Shown: positions 15,902 through 22,117 of the stretch, in pieces
How positions within the stretch are numbered: position 1 is the first letter of the stretch
How the letters are laid out: the number at the start of each line of letters is the position of its first letter
NCBI GenBank assembly: GCA_044356295.1
Contig: JBIKWN010000039.1
Span: 1 to 22,117 of the forward strand
Reading direction: 5' to 3'
Source: Bdellovibrionota bacterium
GTDB lineage: Bacteria > Bdellovibrionota_C > UBA2361 > JBIKWN01
DNA length: 22,117 nucleotides
Notes under the pieces: generated by a model
The model's database searches: none
What the model saw: only the letters and a program-made list of their open reading frames with translations
Told to the model about the DNA's origin: nothing
Made by a program: the position numbers and the translations under genes

Positions 15902-16846
15902 CTACTCATCCCGCCTATCTCCAAATGTTCGAATCGATAATCCGGCAGCAATGGTATAAGCAGTTCTTTCTGCTTCAGCAATTGGTGCTTCAATAATCCA
16001 GTCTTTAAATGGATCTATTATCTCGCAAGAAATTCCGGTTTTTTCTGAAAGCGCTGTAAGAAGACCTTCCGCTTGTGCACCGCCACTGGCGAGCATAATT
16101 CTATCAATCTGTTGATCTTCGGCTGAACTTGAACCCCAGAAAAAACTTAAACTTCTATTTATCTCAGTTGCAATATCTTTAGCCTCTTTTGATCGAAGAG
16201 GTATGTCTCCTGTAAAAAGACTTTCACCGTTTCGACATATTGCTACACTCATAAATCGGTGCCCTATATCAGCAAGCGCAACGACTTTATTTGTTAATTC
16301 AGGATAATTGAGTTCAAAAATATTTTGCATTGCAAAAAAATCAACATCAGCTATACCAATATTAATTCCTGCCATCATGACAGTATCAATATAGCTATCA
16401 ATGATTTCATTTTTTACGGCTACGACCAACACCTCTAACGTGTCTTTACTGACTTCTCTAATAATTGAATAATCAAGTTTAACAGCCTGAATATTGTGAG
16501 GTATATAGTTTGCTGCCTCAAATTGAATACTAGAATAGAGATCAGCCTGATCAACTTTTGGAACCTTAATTTTCTTAGTGAAGACACTAGGACCAGGAAG
16601 ACCTATAACGGCTCTCTTAGAGGATAAGTCTACTTTTTCCTGTATTTTTGAAAGAGCTTCAACTACCCGCTCAGAATTCTGAAGAACTTGATTATGAAAC
16701 ACCTCGCCAGTAAAAGGGATAGTAAATGCCTGAATTACCTTTCTGCTCGCGCCAGATATCTCACTTTCGATAAGCTTGAGGGATGACTGACCTATGTCCA
16801 GACCGAAAAAGCTTGTTTGTTTTTTAAAAAGTGACTCGAGTTTCAT
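15902..16846 (-). CDS. pilM: Type IV pilus assembly protein PilM (actin/FtsA-like, shortened)
   Basis: GLDIGxSSLK, FEAxxYIP, LDY, DIG, EIxRSLxFF and xGGA motifs. Confidence 0.92.
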   Translation of the reverse strand: MKLESLFKKQTSFFGLDIGQSSLKLIESEISGASRKVIQAFTIPFTGEVFHNQVLQNSERVVEALSKIQEKVDLSSKRAVIGLPGPSVFTKKIKVPKVDQADLYSSIQFEAANYIPHNIQAVKLDYSIIREVSKDTLEVLVVAVKNEIIDSYIDTVMMAGINIGIADVDFFAMQNIFELNYPELTNKVVALADIGHRFMSVAICRNGESLFTGDIPLRSKEAKDIATEINRSLSFFWGSSSAEDQQIDRIMLASGGAQAEGLLTALSEKTGISCEIIDPFKDWIIEAPIAEAERTAYTIAAGLSIRTFGDRRDE

Positions 16847-16887
16847 TTTGAACTCTAATTAGACTATGGAATTAAACATTTCTACTC

Positions 16888-19101
16888 ATGATTTTTGCTA
16901 ACGTTGTTATAGCGCCACTCGAGACCCCCTATTCCTACCTCATTCCTCCTGAGTTAGAGGATGCTGTCGCTATTGGGAGTAGAGTAGAAATACCACTTGG
17001 TTCAAGAACTGCACAGGGGTTTATCGTTCGTCTTTCTAAGCAACCACCAGAGCAGGTCTCAAAAATCAAACCTATTAAAAAAATTATCCATGATGAACCA
17101 TGCTTCCACCAGAAGGATTTAGATTTTTTTACCTGGGTAGCTGAATACTACGGTGAACCTTTAAGTTCTGTTGTTGATGTAGCAATTCCACCTTGGCAAG
17201 CAGGTAAGATTGAAAAGATATATTCAATAAACCAAGAATTTGATCAAAAGAATATTAAAGGAGCTCATCAAAAAAAGATTTTAGATTTTATTATTTCGCA
17301 TAATGATAATAGTGTATCTCATGAACAACTCAGCAAAAAATTCCCAACTGCATCTGCGAGTCTTCGTGAGCTTATAAAAAAAGAGGCAATTTCTGTTAAC
17401 AAGCTTGAAGTTCGTCCTGCTTCATTTTTGTCAGATGTATCTTGGGCAAAAAAAGAGGTAGAACTTTCAACTGAACAACTTCATGCAACGTCTCAAATTC
17501 AAAGTATCATTCATCAAGAAATTACTCAGCCTTTCCTCTTACACGGCGTAACAGGAAGTGGAAAAACAGAAGTTTACATAGAAGCAATTAGATTTGCCCT
17601 AAATCAAAATAAAGGAGCAATCGTTATCGTTCCTGAAATTGCACTTACTTCACAATTAGTTCATCGTTTCTATGCTCGACTTGGTTCAACAATTGCACTT
17701 CTCCATAGTGGGCTCAGTAAACGTGAGCGTTGGGAGAATTGGCGTTCTTTAATTGAGGGAACAAAACGTGTTGCAATCGGTGCTCGTTCTGCAATTTTTG
17801 CTCCAGTCAGTAACTTGGGGATTATTGTTGTTGATGAAGAGCATGATAGTTCATACAAACAGCATGAAGGGCTGCGTTATAACGCTCGAGACATCGCCTA
17901 TGTAAAGGCAAAACAATCAAAAGCTGCACTCGTTTTAGGCTCTGCAACACCTTCCTTGGAAACATTTCATCGTGCAGAAGAAAAACAGATTCAAAAAATA
18001 ATCCTTTCGGCTAAACATAGTAGACATGCGAGGCTTTCTATAGAAACCATCGATCTCAATCAACTAAAACCGTGGGAGATGGCAAGTCCTCATATTTCTC
18101 CAAAGTTATTTGGACTCCTCAAAGATGTGATCGATAAAAATGAATTAGCATTTGTACTATACAATCGACGTGGATTCGCTTCGTATCTTCAATGCGATAC
18201 ATGCGATGCACTGCTTTCATGCCCTCACTGCGATGTCTCATTTACCTATCATCAGCGAAATCATGAGCTCCTCTGTCACTATTGTAATTTAAAACGACCC
18301 GTTCCAACTTTTTGCCCTAGCTGTAATCGCAACGATGGCAAAGTTCCAGGCTCGCTCAAACTTCACGGTGCAGGTACAGAAAAAACAGAAGATGAAATTC
18401 AATTACTTTTTCCTGATGCAAAAATTCTTAGACTCGATCGAGACGTAGCCAATCATCCTGAAGAATATGATGCAATCTTGCAAAAAATGCGTGATAAATC
18501 TTGTAATATCCTAGTTGGTACTCAGATGATCGCAAAAGGACACGATCTACCAGAAGTTACCTTAGCAGCAGTAGTAGACTGCGATGTCGGCCTTCATATG
18601 CCTGATTTTCGTGCCGGCGAGAGGGTCTTTCAACTACTATCACAACTTGCAGGAAGATCTGGTCGAGGCGATAAAGCAGGTCGAGTCGTCTTGCAAACAA
18701 GAGTTCCGAAACATCCAAGTATATTTTTTACACAAACTGATAATTTTACTGGATTTGCTAAGAAAGAGCTTGAAAACAGAAAACAGCTTGAATATCCACC
18801 GTATGGAAAACTTCTTCGAATTATCGTGAGTAGCACAATAGACACCATCGTTCCTCAAGAAGCAAAAAAAATACAACGACTCATTGAGCGGTTAGTTGAA
18901 GGTTTGAAAGAAGAAGTAATTATTCTTGGTCCAGTCCCCTGCCCGATTGAAAAAATCCGAGGAGATTACAGATGGCATCTTTTAATTAAATCAATCAAAA
19001 GCACGACACTTGTGAAACTGATTACTTCGTTGAAGAAAAATATCAAAAAAGATAAACGAATCAAGATTATATTCGATTTAGACCCGCAGGATATGCTTTA
19101 A
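16888..19101 (+). CDS. priA: Primosomal protein N' (replication restart helicase)
   Basis: LLHGVTGSGKTEVY, DEEH, two Cys-rich zinc motifs, GTQMIAKGHD, GRSGRG, DLDP C-terminus. Confidence 0.97.
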   Translation: MIFANVVIAPLETPYSYLIPPELEDAVAIGSRVEIPLGSRTAQGFIVRLSKQPPEQVSKIKPIKKIIHDEPCFHQKDLDFFTWVAEYYGEPLSSVVDVAIPPWQAGKIEKIYSINQEFDQKNIKGAHQKKILDFIISHNDNSVSHEQLSKKFPTASASLRELIKKEAISVNKLEVRPASFLSDVSWAKKEVELSTEQLHATSQIQSIIHQEITQPFLLHGVTGSGKTEVYIEAIRFALNQNKGAIVIVPEIALTSQLVHRFYARLGSTIALLHSGLSKRERWENWRSLIEGTKRVAIGARSAIFAPVSNLGIIVVDEEHDSSYKQHEGLRYNARDIAYVKAKQSKAALVLGSATPSLETFHRAEEKQIQKIILSAKHSRHARLSIETIDLNQLKPWEMASPHISPKLFGLLKDVIDKNELAFVLYNRRGFASYLQCDTCDALLSCPHCDVSFTYHQRNHELLCHYCNLKRPVPTFCPSCNRNDGKVPGSLKLHGAGTEKTEDEIQLLFPDAKILRLDRDVANHPEEYDAILQKMRDKSCNILVGTQMIAKGHDLPEVTLAAVVDCDVGLHMPDFRAGERVFQLLSQLAGRSGRGDKAGRVVLQTRVPKHPSIFFTQTDNFTGFAKKELENRKQLEYPPYGKLLRIIVSSTIDTIVPQEAKKIQRLIERLVEGLKEEVIILGPVPCPIEKIRGDYRWHLLIKSIKSTTLVKLITSLKKNIKKDKRIKIIFDLDPQDML

Positions 19102-19110
19102 GTAAAGCTT

Positions 19111-20577
19111 TTAAAAAACTTTACTCAGGGAAGAGATGAGCTTGTCTATCAAGCCGTCGAATGAACCATTAGACATGACGACAATGAGTGTACCAACTTT
19201 ATCTTCTTGAATAAGTGCCTGTAGTAATGTCTCAGTATCATCAAAAAGATTCACTTGCGAACCATTTCTATTAATAGCATCTGCAACTGATTGGATATTC
19301 ATAAACTCAATACCACTATCATTATGACGAGCCGACACAGATTTTAGGTATACAGTGGAGGCATCTTGAAAGGCATTTCCATAATCATGCTCAAATACTT
19401 TTCTTCTGCTCGTGTTCGATCGGGGTTCAAACGCGCAAACTATCCTCCTTCCTGGATATCCTTGCCTGATGGCTGAGAGTGTCTCTTTTACTGCAGTTGG
19501 ATGATGAGCAAAGTCCTCGAGTACAATGGTACGAGAGTTTTGATATCTAACATCTTGGCGACGAAGGACGCCAGGGTACGAAGAAAGACCTCTATTAATC
19601 TCTTCTGTGCTGAGGTTACACATCTGCATAGTTAAAAATATAGATGTTGCATTTCTTGCATTATGCTTTCCTAAAAGCGCAACTGAAATATCTTGAGATT
19701 GATTTGCATAACTTAATTCAAAAGTTTGAATGCCATCTTTGTATCGTTGATTTTTAATAACTGCATCTGAATCTTGATCAAATCCGTAAGAAACTACGGG
19801 ACACTTACTAATACTTCTCCAGAAAGGAAGTAATCGTTTGATATTTATATCATCGAGACAAACAGCAATCCTGCCGTTATCCGGCACTGCTCGTACTAAG
19901 GTTTCAAACTCTTTTTCAATAGCACTTAAATCTGAATAAATATCTGCGTGGTCGAATTCAAGAGATGTAATGGTTAACAGCTGTGGCTTGTAAAAAGTAA
20001 ACTTCGGAACTTTTGCAAAAAAAGCACTATCGTATTCGTCACCTTCTACTATCGACTCATTGCCATTTGCTACTACTAAACTTCTCTCGTAGTTTTTAAT
20101 AAGGCCACCTACGAAAAATGATGGGCTTCTTTTTGCTACCGAAAGAACATGTGCTCCAAGTGCCGTCGTTGTTGATTTTCCATGGGTTCCAGAAATAACA
20201 ATCGATTTCTTTTCGGCTATCAGTAAATCACCTACAATTTTTGGAAACATTGAATATGAAAGTTTTCTTCTTTCTGTTTCTTGAACTTCGATATTATCTC
20301 TTGAAATAGAATTTCCAATAATAACAAGTGATGTCTTTTCTGGGATGTTATTTTGATGAAATCCAGTAAATGTCCTTATCGCTGTCTTTGCAAGCAGACC
20401 TGCCATTGGTTCATAGAACTCTTTATCGCTTCCACTAACAATATATCCAGATTCCGCAAGCGCAACAGTCAACTGAGCCATCGCCACTCCACATACACCA
20501 ATAACATGAATACATGCACCTGCTGGTATGTCGCTTAACGAAGTGCAATTCTCAACAGAAAAATATTGTTCAGTCAT
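19111..20577 (-). CDS. mpl: Murein peptide ligase Mpl
   Basis: GVCGVAM, GTHGKSTTT, EGDEYDSAFFxKxPKF, DFAHHPTA, FEPRSNTSRR and MSNGSF, which fit Mpl rather than MurC. Confidence 0.92.
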   Translation of the reverse strand: MTEQYFSVENCTSLSDIPAGACIHVIGVCGVAMAQLTVALAESGYIVSGSDKEFYEPMAGLLAKTAIRTFTGFHQNNIPEKTSLVIIGNSISRDNIEVQETERRKLSYSMFPKIVGDLLIAEKKSIVISGTHGKSTTTALGAHVLSVAKRSPSFFVGGLIKNYERSLVVANGNESIVEGDEYDSAFFAKVPKFTFYKPQLLTITSLEFDHADIYSDLSAIEKEFETLVRAVPDNGRIAVCLDDINIKRLLPFWRSISKCPVVSYGFDQDSDAVIKNQRYKDGIQTFELSYANQSQDISVALLGKHNARNATSIFLTMQMCNLSTEEINRGLSSYPGVLRRQDVRYQNSRTIVLEDFAHHPTAVKETLSAIRQGYPGRRIVCAFEPRSNTSRRKVFEHDYGNAFQDASTVYLKSVSARHNDSGIEFMNIQSVADAINRNGSQVNLFDDTETLLQALIQEDKVGTLIVVMSNGSFDGLIDKLISSLSKVF

Positions 20578-20591
20578 AGCAATATGAAAGA

Positions 20592-21254
20592 TTATGCTCC
20601 ACCTGAGTCAGCGAATTTCTCATAGAGCTGGGCATACTCAATATCAAGAGCATCATAGACTTGTTTAAGAATGAAGTACTGCTCATTTCCTGCTTCAATC
20701 TGCATAAGGAGCTCATCTGATTTTTGTTCAGTTCGAAGTAAATCATTCTTAATTGCTTCTATTTGAGCCAAAAGTTGTGAGTTCGATTCAATCTGAGATG
20801 AGATTGAATTTAACTTCTCAAATGCATCTTGAATTCGAGTTTTTAATGCATCATTTTTGCTTCGTAGGTCTTTCTCTTTTTTATTGAGGATCCGTAACTC
20901 TTCTTTCGTTTCGATTCCACTTGCTTGAATTTCACGCTCTACTTCATCGAGCTCTCTAAGGCGATTTTCAACAGTTTCTAGCTCCGCCTGGGTAATCGTC
21001 ACCCTTCCTCGTTCTTGTTTTATAATCTCTTTTGCTTCACCAAGCTCTGTCGCAGTTTCCCTGAGCACTGCCCAACCCAACCTAATTTTATATTGCTCAG
21101 CTATCTCTTCAAAAAGTTTCTGACGGCGAGTTATTTCGTCATCGTACATAACCAAATTAGCAGAAGCTTTAGCTCCAGATCGAGTTTGTAAAAAAATAAG
21201 TGCTCCACAAAGAAGTAACATCTCTATGACTGCAGCAATGATTATAGTACTCAT
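20592..21254 (-). CDS. Membrane-anchored coiled-coil protein, unknown function
   Basis: N-terminal hydrophobic helix followed by heptad-rich E/K/Q/L sequence; closely spaced in an operon with mpl. Confidence 0.75.
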   Translation of the reverse strand: MSTIIIAAVIEMLLLCGALIFLQTRSGAKASANLVMYDDEITRRQKLFEEIAEQYKIRLGWAVLRETATELGEAKEIIKQERGRVTITQAELETVENRLRELDEVEREIQASGIETKEELRILNKKEKDLRSKNDALKTRIQDAFEKLNSISSQIESNSQLLAQIEAIKNDLLRTEQKSDELLMQIEAGNEQYFILKQVYDALDIEYAQLYEKFADSGGA

Positions 21255-21260
21255 CTCTGA

Positions 21261-22115
21261 TTACCCCTCATCTTTAGTTTCCTCTGGAGAATCTTGGATT
21301 TCTTCAGTAGCAGGTTGATCAGCTTCTTGCTCTACTGAAGCAGTATCATCATCAGCTGGTGTACTGTCAGGTGATGGTTCGGTATCAGCGTCTGAGCTAC
21401 CCTTAGATGTTGTAACAGTGGCACCTGCAACCCCACTCCAAGTACCAGGAAGCTCATCATCTTTCATTGTAAAGAACTTTGATTCTATATCGACTTTGTC
21501 TAAGCTCGAAGACTCAACAAGCTTTTTTAAAAGTTCTTCACTAACTAATGTAGAAGAAAACTCAGGGATTTGCATTTCAACCGATGCTCCCGCAGTCTTC
21601 TGAGCCCATTTCATAGCAAGGAAAAATACACCGCCATTTAAAATTGTCATAAGGATGATTGGAAGGATTGGTGATGCTGGCTTCTCTTTTTTAAACGCTT
21701 CTTTTTTCACCACTTCAACAACATGATCTTCATGTCCGGATGCTGGATGATATTGGTATTCAAACGGTCTACTTTCTGCTCGAATCTCTTGTCCACGCTT
21801 AGTTTCACCTACTAAAATACCTCGAAGTACATATTGACCTGCTTTTGGTAAGTCAGCAGGGTTGGCAAAATATTTAACTTTAGAGTCTTTTTCTTTTATG
21901 ACTGATAATTTAATTCTGTTGTTTTTTTCATCAGTCGCAATAAGATCTACTGATGCTTTTTTAAATGTTTGTGCATCGTCATTAAGTATAATAGTGAATG
22001 CTTCTATTTTACTATGCTCATCATCTGCAGCATGTTCATCATGACTGTCTGCGCCATGCTCTTCATCGTGATGTTCCGTCAGTTTATCAGCATCAACTTC
22101 TGCGACTCCAATTTG
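21261..22115 (-). CDS. Partial membrane protein (5' end outside window) with His/acidic-rich segment, one TM helix and an acidic tail
   Basis: The frame of the listed 21261..21713 ORF stays open to the window edge: ...QIGVAEVDADKLTEHHDEEHGADSHDEHAADDEHSKIEAF...HPASGHEDHVVEVVKKEAF...PILPIILMTILNGGVFFLAM. Confidence 0.8.
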   Translation of the reverse strand, partial: QIGVAEVDADKLTEHHDEEHGADSHDEHAADDEHSKIEAFTIILNDDAQTFKKASVDLIATDEKNNRIKLSVIKEKDSKVKYFANPADLPKAGQYVLRGILVGETKRGQEIRAESRPFEYQYHPASGHEDHVVEVVKKEAFKKEKPASPILPIILMTILNGGVFFLAMKWAQKTAGASVEMQIPEFSSTLVSEELLKKLVESSSLDKVDIESKFFTMKDDELPGTWSGVAGATVTTSKGSSDADTEPSPDSTPADDDTASVEQEADQPATEEIQDSPEETKDEG

Positions 22116-22117
22116 TA

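Noticed and set aside
19102..19110. Bidirectional terminator between priA and mpl
   Set aside because: The gap is only 9 bp, with a weak AT-rich palindrome (AAAGCTTT) and no stable stem.
3480..22044. Short antisense or alternate-frame ORFs in the track (e.g. 3707..4162, 7088..7447, 12038..12415, 18584..18876, 21862..22044)
   Set aside because: All are shadows of well-supported genes and have no independent motifs.

Overview
AT-rich bacterial chromosomal segment, probably from a deltaproteobacteria-like lineage (inferred from protein style and gene order only). The left ~1.9 kb is an accessory region on the 3' side of a tRNA-Asn(GTT) gene. It holds the right end of an IS3-family element abutting a truncated attC site, then two integron gene cassettes bounded by three related ~93-95 bp attC sites. 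Each cassette carries a self-promoted BrnT/BrnA-type toxin-antitoxin pair, and the second toxin has an in-frame TAG. A 117-bp structured tandem repeat follows. No integron integrase is visible in the window. The rest is mostly minus-strand core genes: ffs (SRP RNA)-dnaX-ybaB-recR; accB-accC-DUF1573 protein-membrane J-domain protein; and an atypical type IV pilus operon pilM-pilN-pilO-pilQ followed by two related lipoproteins. That operon has no pilP, a shortened PilM, a PilN with a ~95-aa insertion, and a structured RNA-like element between pilO and pilQ. Then come a divergent priA, mpl, and two uncharacterised membrane proteins, the last running off the window. All family assignments come from motif recognition, not database searches.
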